NCBI RefSeq assembly: GCF_006345805.1
Contig: NC_043020.1
Location: 2,356,001-2,420,000, forward strand
DNA: 64,000 nt
Reading direction: 5' to 3'
From: Octopus sinensis
Lineage: Eukaryota
Below the pieces are notes generated by a model. The model saw nothing but the letters and a program-made list of their open reading frames with translations, had not been told where the DNA came from and ran no database searches. Below, in pieces: positions 36,730 through 48,790 of this stretch. How positions within the stretch are numbered: position 1 is the first letter of the stretch; the number at the start of each line of letters is the position of its first letter. The translations under genes were made by a program, and so were the position numbers.

Positions 36730-36910
36730 ATGTGACCGTGTGTGTACCGTTGGCGATTTTTTTCCTCCGTCTTCCTTTCTCTGCATCTTTCCTTTTCCTA
36801 TGTTTCTGACAAAGAGCTCCGCTCGAAACATAAAACACTCCTTCTTCCCTTTCTTTCTGAGCATTCAGTAATACTATATTTGTTCACGTCCTCGCGTTGT
36901 TGTGTTTTCA
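36730..36910 (+). mobile_element. Penelope-like terminal-repeat relic with decayed HHR (36801-36837)
   Basis: tgttt-CTGACAA-a-GAGC tcc GCTC-GAAA-CA-TA-aaaca. Two G>A changes separate it from a canonical minimal HHR. Confidence 0.55.
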
Positions 36911-36927
36911 TGTTGGATAAATATATA

Positions 36928-36971
<44 letters not shown>

Positions 36972-37332
36972 CTAGCAGTATCGCCCGGCGTTGCTCAGGT
37001 TTGTAAGGGAAATAACTATAAAGCATTTTTAGAGAGTTATAGCCAAAAATAGCAAAAAAAATGGAAAAAAAATTATGGTAAATTTTTTTGAAAGTTAAAA
37101 AAGGTGGAGTTGCATCCCCTAGACGGTCTGTGGTTTGGGTTTCTGATTATCGATTTTTTTCAGAACTGGGGGAACTTTTCAAAATTTTCGCTGCGTTAGT
37201 TTTGAATTATGACATTGGGCTATGTGTGTGTCAAGTTTCATCAGAATCGGTTGAAAGCCATGGTCAGAGTGAGGGTACGAGAAAACAGACACACAGAAAA
37301 CGCACAGACAAACTGCCGTTTATATATAGAGA
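36972..37332 (-). mobile_element. Non-autonomous Helitron (same 3' end as 30642, different 5' half)
   Basis: A|TCTCTATATATAAA start and gagcaacgccgggcgatactgCTAG|T end. Confidence 0.85.
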
Positions 37333-39180
37333 TATATATATATATATATATATGTGTATGTATATCTTGTGTGTGTGTGTGTGTGTGTATTCCTACACGC
37401 AATATAAACAAAAGTGCATTCTGCACCAAAAGCCAATATGAGATTTTCTTTCATGGTAGTATCTACTGCAGTAAATTTGTTTTAACAGGTCATTCACATT
37501 TAAGTGGGGATAAATATTACCTCACAAGTATTAATACCGGTCCTATTGCCAATATATATACATGTGCATGAATATACACACACACACACACACATACACA
37601 TATATCCATATGTATGTTTGTATGTATACATATATGTGTGTATGGATATGAGGAAATTTTTATGATATGTGGATGATGTATGTAAATGACAAAAACTGTT
37701 TGCTATTGAAGTCTAATATTTAACGTTCCACAATTTATATTGCCTTTTGTGGCAAGTAATAAGAACAAGCTTCCTCATCATCATCATCATCAACAACATC
37801 AACAACATTAATAACCTGACTCTTATTAATAGTGTTGGGATATCAATGGGCCTTGCATAAAATACATTTGTGGTATTTGCTTTATTTTTTTTCTTAAATT
37901 ATTATTGTGCACTTTAAGCCGTATCGTGCCACCATTTGATATAACAGCCCCGCGTTGTGTGGTGTTGTGTGTGTGTGTGTGTGCATGCATGCAACCATGT
38001 GCGTGCATGCATGCGTGTGTAATGTTTTCAATTTCTGTAACACGTCCCTTTTCTTTAATGCCCCGTGACAAAATAAACCACTATTAGTGTTACAATTACT
38101 ACTGCTGCTACTACTACTAATACTACTACTATTACTACTACTACTACTACCACCACCACCACTGCTACTACTACTGCTACTACCACTGCTACTACTACTA
38201 CTACTACCACTGCTGCTACTATTACTACTACAACTACTACCACTACCTACTACTACTACTACTTCTGCTACTACTACTACTACTACCACTACTACTACCG
38301 CTACTATTAATGCTTCTTAATTTCACTCTATGTCTATTTTATTATTAATATTGTTTATATTCTAATTCTCATTATTAATGTATCATCATCATCATCATCA
38401 TCATCAACAGGACCACTATCATCATCATGAAAACACAACAGCAGCACTGGTGGTGATGATGGTAGTAGTAGTAGTAGTTGCAGTGAGTTTGGTGGCTTAC
38501 TTCTTTATGCACACGTGCATTTGTGTATGAGAATGCACACATACACACACACACATAACACGAGTGTGCATTTTCACACTTTTCTTTTCAACGTATAAAT
38601 TTCTGATAAACGGTGCCGCCGGCAGAAGGCAAACAAAACAAAAACAAAAAGTATCAATAACAGAAACCAAAAAAACAAAAAAAAAACAAACAAAAAACAA
38701 ACGCCCAAACTTACTAAAAGACACACAGACGCACGCAGCAGGAAAGACAGTTCGGAACAGCTCCAACCATCGACATTTCCCTAAGGTTCCACACAAGAAA
38801 CCAACATGAGTGATTAAATTTCCTTCAAAATAAAATTTAAATAAAACATTTATTTTTCATTTATTTCTGTCTAAAATCAAAGGAAAATTAAAATTTTAAA
38901 GAAAAATAAATAAATATATGTTTAAATAATCAATAAATAGCTTTAAAAAAAAAATGTAGTCAAAGCCCCTGGAGACAATGGTGGTATTGAACCCCTAATC
39001 ATAGGTTTTGTTTGATAGATCATTTTTTGTTGTTTTCTTTATTGTTTGTTTGTGTGTTTGTTGCTGTAGATGTTGCATGTTTTGTGCATGTATTTATATG
39101 TGAGTGTGTGTATACATGTGATATTTGTCTATATAGATTTATACAATTTATACACTAACATACACATATATATACATATA

Positions 39181-39620
39181 CAGGCGCAGGAGTGGCTGTG
39201 TAGGCGTAGGAGTGGCTGTGTGGTAAGTAGCTTGCTTACCAACCACATGGTTCCAGGTTCAGTCCCACTGCGTGACATCTTGGGCAAGTGTCTTCTGCTA
39301 TAGCCCCGGGCCGACCAATGCCTTGTGAGTGGATTTGGTAGACGGAAACTGAAAGAAGCCTGCTGTATATATGTATATATATATATATGTATGTGTGTGT
39401 GTATATGTTTGTGTGTCTGTGTTTGTCCCCCTGGCATTGCTTGACAACCGATGCTGGTGTGTTTACGTCCCCGTCACTTAGCAGTTCGGCAAAAGAGACC
39501 GATAGAATAAGTACTGGGCTTACAAAAGAATAAGTCCCGGGGTCGATTTGCTCGACTAAAGGTGGTACTCCAGCATGGCCGCTGTCAAATGACTGAAACA
39601 AGTAAAAGAGAGTAAAAGAG
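39181..39620 (+). mobile_element. SINE-A full length with 20-bp head duplication
   Basis: caggcgcaggagtggctgtg taggcgtaggagtggctgtg. Confidence 0.9.
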
Positions 39621-40146
39621 TATACATATATATGCGTGTGTGTTGTATATGTATATGTGTGTTTGTATGTGTAAATGAGTTTGTATATATAAAAGTGGTA
39701 TATATATTTATATATGCGTATCTTTCATCTTTTACTTGATTCAGTGATTAGACAGTGGCCATGCTGGAGCAATGCCTCGAGGAATTTTTAGTCGAATGAA
39801 TCGACTCCAAAACTTTTTCTTTCTCTCTTTAAGCCTGGTACTTATTCTATTGATCCATTTTGCTAAACCACCAAGTTACAGGGACGTAAACACACCACAC
39901 TACTTGTGAAGGAGTGGTGAGAGACACAGACACAAAAACGTACACACACACAGATATATATATGTGTCATCATCATCATCATCATCATCATCGTAGTTTA
40001 ACATCCGCTTTCCATGCTGGCATGGGTTGGACGGTTTGTCTGAGGGCTGGCAAGCCAGGAGGCTGCACCAGGCTCCAATCTGATCTGGCAAAGTTTCTAC
40101 AGCTGGATGCCCTTCCTAATGCCAATGTGTGTGTATACACACACAC

Positions 40147-40199
<53 letters not shown>

Positions 40200-40678
40200 C
40201 ACACACAATGGGCTTCTTTCAGTTTCTGTCTAACAAATCCACTCACAAGACCATGGTCAGACCAAGGCTATAGTAGAAGACACTTACCCAAAGTGCCAGG
40301 CAGTGGGACTGAACCCAGAACCACGTGATTGGGAAGCAAGCTTCTTACCACGCAGCCACACGTGCACCTATAAACATTTTGGATATGCATGTCAGTGTGT
40401 GTATGCATGTGTTCTATATAAAGGGTAAAGACCTCTCCCCACCTTCAGTCATGAATGAGCACCAAATTGCACTTAAAAAGTTCCCCTCAGAAGAACAAGC
40501 CCGGGCAAGGTTGTTTATGGAAGACCAGCAGTCACCCATGAATACCTTCTCCCCTCTCCACGTCACCGATGTTATCCAAGGGAAAGGCAAAAGGGCCAAT
40601 ACAGTGTGGTACTTGTGATGTCGCCACTCATTTCTGTTGGAGCAATGGGAAATGATGTGTCTTGCTCTTATTAACTCT

Positions 40679-40935
40679 GTGCCGGTGGCACGTAAAAAGC
40701 ACCAACCGATCGTGACCGATGCCAGACCCCCCCCCCTGGCACCTGTCCAGGTGGCACGTAAAAAGCACCCACTACACTTATGGAGTGGTTGGTGTTAGGA
40801 AGGGCATCCAGCCGTAGAAACACTACCAGATCAGACTAGAGCCTGGTGCAGCCCCTGGCTTCCCAGACCCCGGTCGAACCATCCAACCCGTGCTAGCGCG
40901 GAAAACGGACGTTAAACGATGATGATGATGATGAT
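40679..40935 (+). mobile_element. SINE-D
   Basis: Same family. Confidence 0.85.
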
Positions 40936-41149
40936 GTTACCAACCCGGCTGAAACCGACTCTGGCTCTGTAGTACAAATGTCTTGTTTTCATAAGTTTTT
41001 AATTAAAATCTTCCACCAAACCTTAGTCACAATTTATGTTCCTAACACTAGCTGAATGATAACGAAGTTATTTTACTAAATTCTTTGTTATATTTAAAAT
41101 AATTAAAAGAAACACAGAGCATCTCAAAATAAATACAGTAACGAAAGGG
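40936..41149 (-). mobile_element. MITE family B; left TIR apparently split by SINE-D
   Basis: gttaccaacccggctgaaacc...aacgaaaggg|TTAA; ttaactct lies at 40671, on the other side of the SINE. Confidence 0.8.
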
Positions 41150-41157
41150 TTAATATA

Positions 41158-41197
<40 letters not shown>

Positions 41198-41249
41198 CGC
41201 AATGAATTTGGAGATTAGTGCATCTGCATATTTTATATTTCTACATTAA

Positions 41250-41545
41250 ATTGTACAGAATACTTTGTTTAAATATGTCAGATGCACGTTTCTGCTGCAC
41301 AGACAACAAGCAATTGCATTTGCACTCAGTTACTTTTGACTGGCTATCAGTATGCGCAACTTCATTTAAGCCTATATACACTGAGTGCATCTGGGTTTCA
41401 CTTTCAACCACATCACAGGACGGACCTGGAATAAAGTTGTACAGACTGGCAACCAGTCAAAAGTGACTGGGTGCAGATGCAACTGCTGGTTGTCTGTGCA
41501 GCAGAAATGTGCATCGGACATATCTAAACCAAATATGCTGTGTAA
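41250..41545. repeat. Foldback element, about 110-bp arms
   Basis: gatgcacgtttctgctgcacagacaac... versus ...gttgtctgtgcagcagaaatgtgcatc. Confidence 0.8.
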
Positions 41546-41721
41546 CTGGCTGTCAAAACATAAAATAACGCAGACGTACTAATCTCCGCATATATAGCTG
41601 TGTGGTAAGAAGTTCACGTCCCAACAAAATGGCTCTGGGTTCAGTTCCACTGCATGGCCCCAGGCCTTCTGAGTGGATTTCATAGACTGAAGCTGAAAGA
41701 AGTATATACATATGTGATCAC

Positions 41722-41862
41722 AACTGCCCAACGAACGGGAATGTCAAACTCTAAGAAGCAGCTTTTTGTGATATTTTTGTGATGTCTTTGCAGCTTAAAT
41801 ACTTCTGGTATTCAAGTACTATTTTTTCCCCCACCTTGTTTCACATTTCTCTGCTTACTTGA
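41722..41862 (+). mobile_element. Single-arm decayed copy of the 8683 family
   Basis: aactgcc-caacga-acgggaatgt-caaa-ctctaag-aa-gcagctttt followed by the tail ctggtattcaagtact...ccaccttgtttcacattt. Confidence 0.6.
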
Positions 41863-42563
41863 GTGTATGTGTGTGTGTGTGTATATATATATATATTATT
41901 TCTACTCTAGGCACAAGGTCTTGAAAATTTGGGGGGAAGGGTACATCAACTTCAGTACTTGACTAGCACTTGACTAGGAAGTTTGGCTGTTATTTCTGGC
42001 AAGGAAAGGAACCACATTGTGGACAACTCTATGATTTGAGTAATAATTCATGATATTTTTTAACCCTCGGCCAGCTCCATTCAAGCAGTGATAATTTGGG
42101 ATCATAACTGTTGCCACTCTCTCTCTTCTTTTCCAAACATAGTGTATCTAGGACTACAGTTCTTTGACCTTGAAAGTTGACCATGGTGAGATTTGAACTC
42201 AGAACCTAAAGTATCAGAAGAACTCCCACTAAGCATTTCCTATCATGCCAATAATTCTGCTAACTCAGTCCCTTCTTTAAATAACTGGTTCTCGGTCAGT
42301 TACAACAACAAGGGTTCCAGTTGACCCGTCCAATGTAACAGCCTGCTCCTGAAATTAATAATGAGCATGTGGCTGAGTATTCCACAGATCTGTATATCTT
42401 AACCCTTTAGCATTTAAACAGGCCATATCCAGCCAAAATATCCTACCTGTTTTATGTTCAAACTGGTTAGATCCAACTTTGCACATTTATACTACAATGT
42501 TAGTCTAAAGACGAAAGCTCAGATTATCAAATTCACAAAGCCACAAGATAAACACATGATTAA

Positions 42564-42786
42564 CCCTTTTGATACCAACCCAACTGAAACCGCCTCTGGC
42601 TCTGTAGTACATATGTCTTACTTTCATAAGTATTGAATTCAAATCTTCCACCAAACCTTAGTCACAATTTAAGTTCCTAAACACTAGCTTAATGATAACT
42701 AAGTTATTTTACTAAATTCTTTGATATATTTAAAATTAATTGAAAGAAACACAGAGCATCTAAACAGCATTATGGTAACAAAAGGG
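42564..42786 (-). mobile_element. piggyBac-type MITE family B (copy 1 of nested pair)
   Basis: TTAA|cccttttgatacc...ggtaacaaaaggg|TTAA. Confidence 0.88.
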
Positions 42787-42817
42787 TTAAAATATATAAC
42801 AGAGAAACAATTCTTAA

Positions 42818-43039
42818 CCCTTTTGATACCAACCCAGCTGAAACTGCCTCTGGCTCTGTAGTACAAATGCCTTGTTTTCATAAGTATTGAATTAAAATCT
42901 TCCACCAAACCTTAGTCACAATTTATGTTCCCAACACTAGCCTAATGATAACTAAGTTCTTTTACTAAATTCCTCATTATAATTAAAATTAATTGAATGA
43001 AACACAGAGCATCTCAAAATAAATACGGTAACGAAAGGG
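42818..43039 (-). mobile_element. piggyBac-type MITE family B (copy 2 of nested pair)
   Basis: TTAA|cccttttgatacc...ggtaacgaaaggg|TTAA. Confidence 0.88.
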
Positions 43040-43648
43040 TTAATTCAAAACAATGTGAATAAATAATCCTAACATTTGAGAGAGGAACCTGAATGCTAAA
43101 GGGTTAAAAGTAGTTCTCGGGGAGATATCCAGCAAAGTGCAGAATATGACAAGGCTGGCCCTTTGAAATACAGGTACAACTCATTTTTGCCAGCTGAGTG
43201 GACTGGAGCAATGTGAAATAAAGTGTCTTGCTCAAGGACACAATGCACCCCAAGGAATTGAACTCATGCTTTTACAATACTGAGCTGACTACTCTAACCA
43301 CTAAGCCATGCACCTTCTTTAAATAATGTAATTTTAAACGTGTATTAAATTGAACTTCGTGTATTTTTAGCCAAAGCAGTGAGACTTTGGCAGGAATAAC
43401 AGCAGGTGTTTGTTTACCTTTGCCTCAGGTAAAAGGAAACAAATGCTCGTCCTTAGGGTTTGTCGATAAAACACATTTAAAATTATATTTCCCGGCTGCT
43501 TGATGCAATAACGGTTAAACAAATATATCACTCTAAATGTTTGAACAAATAAGATGGTCATGGTTGGATTGTGTACACAATCAGGGCTGACCTAAAGCTA
43601 AACCACAATAACAGCAACAACAACATACTCTCACCATCTCTCCTTCTT

Positions 43649-43700
<52 letters not shown>

Positions 43701-44659
43701 GTCCCTGTCTTTCTGTCCCTCTCACTCATTCCCACTTTCAACCTGCCTCCCTTTCTCCCTCTCCCCACTCTCCCCTTTCTCTATTTCTCTCTCTCCTCCT
43801 GTCCCCCCTTTCTCTTTCTCCATCTCTGGTCCTCACTCCCTCTCTCTATCTCTCTCCTTCTTTTGCTCCCTCACTCCACTTTCTTCTCTCTCACTCTCTA
43901 TCTCTCCATCATTCTCTCTACCTCCTCCCTCTCCCCATGGTCCCTCCCTTCTTCTCTGCCTCTCACTCTTCCTCTATTCTTCCTGTCCCTTCGTCCTCTC
44001 CCTCCCCATCCACCCACCCACTGTCCTTTATGTGGATGTACTTTGATCGGGTGCAAGGTTTGTTTTTTGTCAGTGTTATTACAGATAACTGCAGTGAACC
44101 CGTGTGTTATTACTGGTATCTACATGTCTGGTGCCACCACGCTTCCATGTGCGGGACAATGTCAAACTAGGGCAGGTTTCAGCTGAGAAGGGAGCAGACA
44201 GGCAGACAGACAGACAGGCAGGCAGACAGACAGACAGGCAGGCAGGCAGATGGATAGGCAAACACACAGACAGACAAGCAGACAGACAAACAGATAGATA
44301 GGCAGACAGACAAGCTGACAAGCAGCCAGGTAGGTAGGTAGACAGATGGACAGCTAAGTAGATGGACAAGTAGACAGACAGAAAAGTAGACAGAAGACAG
44401 ACAGACAGACAGACAAGCCAACAAGCAGCCAGGCAGAGAGACAGACAGACAGTTGGACAGGCAGATGGACAGACAGAAAAGTAGACAGGCTGGCAAAGAG
44501 AAAAGACCAGCATGCAGATAGGCAGGCAGACACAGATAGATGGAAGGACAGACAGACAGACAGAAGGATACAGACATGCAGGGAGAGACAGACAGACAGA
44601 CAGATAAAACGAAAACGCTAAGACATTTAGTCCACAGTTCTTCACTTCTGCAAACTCAC

Positions 44660-44771
44660 CACTTTTCTAGCAGCAACAGCAGCAGAAACAGCAGCAGTAG
44701 TGGTGGTGGTGGTGGTAGTAGTAGTAGTAGCAGCAGCAGCAGTAGCAGTAGTAGTGATGGTGGTGGTGGTG

Positions 44772-44811
<40 letters not shown>

Positions 44812-44985
44812 AGGTAGCAGCAGCAACAGCAGTAGTAACAGTAGTAGTAGTAGTAGCAACAGTAGCAGCTGTAGTAGTAGTAGTAACAGCAGTAATAGTA
44901 GTAGCAGCAGTATTGATGGTGGTGGTGGTGGTAGTAGTAGAAGTAGTAGTAGTAGTTTGTTGTAGAAGTAGCACTGGTGTTGGTA

Positions 44986-45018
<33 letters not shown>

Positions 45019-45050
45019 GCAGCAGCAACAGCAGCAGCAGCGTGAAGAAA
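44660..45050 (+). repeat. Compound (GTA/GGT/GCA)n trinucleotide array
   Basis: Read directly; source of the poly-S/V/T ORFs. Confidence 0.95.
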
Positions 45051-46024
45051 TAGTAAAAATAGACAGGGCACGCGTGTGTGTACGAGCATGCATACACTTT
45101 TTTCTGTGTGCGTGTGCATATCACTGTGCATCAATGCATGCATGTGTGCATAGAGGTAAATGCATGTGTGCATGTGCAATATGCAGACATGTGTAAAGCA
45201 CAGGCATACTTGTGCATGAGTGCATGCGTGTGTGTGTGTGTGTGTGTGTGTGTGCTTGCAAATACACTTGTGTGTGTGTGGGGGGGGCATGTGTGTGCGT
45301 GTCTATTTCTGAGAGTGTGAGACTGGGGATGTTAATGCATGTGGGAACATGTAGATATGTATGTATGTATACATGTGTGTGTGTGTGTGTAGAGTGGGAT
45401 GTCAGCAACTAACAAGAATCTGAATGCTGAGATAGCGAGGCAGTGAGAGAGAGAAAGTGAGGGAGAGAAAAGAGGAGAGAAAGAGAGAGAGAAAAGAAGA
45501 GAGAGAGATAAAAGAAGAGAGAGAGATAAAAGAAGAGAGGGAGAGAAGAAGAGAGAGAGAAGGGAGAGAGAAGAGAAGAAGAGAGAGAGAAGAAGAGAGA
45601 GAGAAAAAGAAAGAGAGGAGAGAGAGCCTAAGAGTGAGAGGAGAAAAAACATGAGAGAGAGAGAGAGCATGAGAGAAGCAGAGTAACAGAGAGAGACATA
45701 TACGTGTGCACATTCACTGCACCATCTGCACTGACCCATGCACCAGCAGCAGCAACGTGAGCAGCAGCTGCAAACATATGTCTGTGAGTGCCAACTCATG
45801 CATTCACTGTTTTTGTTTTACAGATTCCATCATTAATTCCTGCATCCATTCATTTGGTTCCCATCTCACAAGTTTCTCACTCGATTTATTTACTTGTCTC
45901 TATTTCCGCAATTCATCTCCAAAAACCATACATTCATCTATCATACTACCAACACGTCTCTCTACCTACCTATCTATCAATCTATGTATATGTATATGTA
46001 TATTATATATATAATATATATATA

Positions 46025-46250
46025 TACCGGAGTAAACACATAAATGTGAAACAAGGTGGAAAAAAAGAGTACTCAAATACCAGTGGTAGAGTAATATGCT
46101 TATTTAAGCAGCAGAAATTTCAACAAAACCTGTTACTCTGATTTTCCAGTTGCAGTTCATCCGACAGTTTTTGCTGTAAAAACTGTCCGATGAACGGCAA
46201 CGGGAAACTCAAGTACAGGTTTTGTTGAATTTTCTGCTGCTTTAATAAAG
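46025..46250 (-). mobile_element. Second twin-hammerhead palindrome element (diverged subfamily)
   Basis: Tail 46025-46098, arms about 46099-46172 and 46178-46250. Cores are CGGATGA and CCGATGA, each with a GCAA loop, GAAA and GTA. Confidence 0.75.
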
Positions 46251-47280
46251 TATATGTATATATATTATATATATATGTATTGTAATAGTTCAGCAAAAAT
46301 TTAGATTCAGTGAATATGGTACTAAAGTTAAGGCACCAGAATTTGGTATGGTATTATCCATATAAATCAAATGGGGTGATTATAATCAAAATAAGCAACA
46401 AGGATATCCAAGGTAGAGTGGTACAATCGTTTCATGCTACTTCATTTAATAAAATGAAATAGCATGAAACAATTGTACTACTCTACCTTGGATATCCTTG
46501 TTGCTTACTTATGTGTGTGTGTGTGTGTGTGTGTGAATAGAGAGAGAGAAAGAAAGCACATGAGAGAAAGAGGGGGAGAGGTGAGAGAGGAGAGAGAAGA
46601 TCGGGCATGGCTGTGTGGTTAGGGAGCTTGCTTCCTAACTACATGGTTTCGGGTTCAGTCCCACTGCATGGCACTTTGGGCAAGTGTCTTCTGCTATAGC
46701 CCCGAGCCGACCGGAGCTTTGTGATTGAATTCGGTAGGCGGTAGTTACTGCCGTGTATGTGTGCGTATAGCTGCTCAGTGCCTCTCCGAAAGAGAGAGAG
46801 AGGGATATATATGGATGGATGGATGGATAGATGAATGGATGATCTATCGACCCGCTTCTACATATATAGCAATCCATCCAACTGGTTATTGCTACCTATC
46901 TACCTACTTACATACCTATGTATCCTCATATCTACCTGTCTGTTCACCCACCCACCCACTTACCTACCTGTTTAACTAGCTGTATTAACCCGTGTATCCC
47001 TCTATCTATTACCAAATTCCCATGTCATTTACCTATCCAACAATCAATCAGTCTGTCTGTCTGTCTATCTGCATTCCATTGAAGCTTTTTCTAACTTCTG
47101 GGCTTGTGCCAATATTAGGGAGATCAGAAAGTTTACGTAACAAGCTACCTCAATATACGAAAGAATGTGTGATGACAAACTTTGGGTTGCTTATGTTCGG
47201 TTCACTGCAGAACTAAAGACCTCAGCATATTCTCTCCACCAACCACGGTCTGATGTGGAGGCCATGAATTTTAGCTTCAG

Positions 47281-47720
47281 CTCATCATCATCATCATTGT
47301 TCGACCGTTGTCGAGACAATGGAATTCACTATGTTACACCAGACCTCACGGTCCATCATAGCATTACGGAGGTCCTGTTGCTGGATGCCTGTATCCCTGG
47401 AGATTACATCAGGGTAGGAGAGTGTGTGCCCTCTGGTATCGCGAGTAGATGGCTTCCAGGGGAGAAGAGTAGAAATTACCTCATTTTCAGCTCTACAACA
47501 ATGTCCAGCAAACTGGACTCTCTTACCTTTCACAAGAGATGATACAGGTGGTAGTTTCCCATATATTTGCATTTTGGTTGGATGCTGCTTCCACGAGAGA
47601 TTTTGAGGTCTCATAAGGAGGCGAGTGTAAGTTCCATCCAGCCACCTCTCAAGCTTCTTTGATAACATCCAGGCTTCTGAGCCATATAGTAGGATGAACC
47701 TACTCTGCAATATTGGCTCA
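47281..47720 (-). mobile_element. RTE/RTEX LINE 3' end with (GAT)n tail
   Basis: ILLYGSEAWML...LDGTYTRLLM..QNLSWKQHPT..IYG.LPPVS...RVQFAGHC.R...DREVW; open frame 47294-47710. Confidence 0.88.
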
Positions 47721-48724
47721 ACATGGCTTGGCAGAGGGGTAAAGTTTTTTTTGTATACTTTTATCCAGAAGTGGTTAAGTCAATTACATTGACCCCAGTT
47801 CTCAGCCTGAACTTACCTTATCAACCCCAAAAGGTTGAAAGGCAAAGTCGACCTCAGCAGAATTTGAACAATAAGCAAACCATTTCTGAATTGGAAAGAA
47901 AAACTAATGTCCTTGTGGTGTCTGATGAAAAGTAATGGAAAATAGGTCAGTTTCAAAACATCGATGTCCAGATCCCAAAAGCAAAGTTTGAAGGGAATAG
48001 CAGTCCTTTCCTTTGATTTCTACAGCAAAGGGGAAACAGCACTTACTGACCAAAGACATGCAACAAATAAGAATTTTGTTACAGTTTGATTGGCTGAATT
48101 CCTGTCTTCTACTATAGCCTTCTACTATACATCGTCAAAGTCTCAAAGTTATGAGACAATGAATGATTAAGTCAAAACAATGTGAATAAATAAACATTAA
48201 TTAGACAGAATAATCTTAATGCTAAAGAATTGTGATGTATGAAGAACTGAAGAACTTGTCCAAGGTCATGGGAAATTCAAAGTAAAGAAAGAGTATTTTT
48301 CATACATTGAATGAATACTTCCGCATGTGTGTAAACAAATTTACACACAGAGATGCGTATACAAGTGTGTGTCTGCATATACACACACGTGTAAACACAC
48401 ACATACACATTTATATAAGTATGCATACTTACGCACACACATATATATGTATACACACACACACATGCACACACACACACATCCACACATGCATATACAT
48501 TTATAAAGAACTGCCTATGCATTTGTGCAAACATAGCAGCACATTCATGTATGTGTATATATATATCTATGTATATATACACACACACACACACTCACAC
48601 ACATACATAGATACACACAGAAATGTACCATATACAGACATACACACACACATATACACACACAACCATGTGTAGACACCTGTCTGTACATGTGTGCACG
48701 CATATCTTTGCAGTTATGCATATA

Positions 48725-48757
<33 letters not shown>

Positions 48758-48758
48758 G

Positions 48759-48790
<32 letters not shown>

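Larger units (their letters stand above)
42403..43103 (-). mobile_element. MITE family A interrupted by two family-B MITEs
   Basis: TTAA at 42399-42402 and 43104-43107. The A sequence resumes after TTAA 43040-43043. Confidence 0.85.
42300..43315 (-). mobile_element. SINE-C split at an internal TTAA by MITE A
   Basis: Flanks rejoin as ...gtatatc TTAA aagtagttctc..., matching the intact copy at 20085-20100 (cccttaacatagttctc). Confidence 0.8.

Noticed and set aside
47922-47950. CTGATGA...GAAA...GTC hammerhead-like spacing
   Set aside because: Helices I, II and III cannot be formed.
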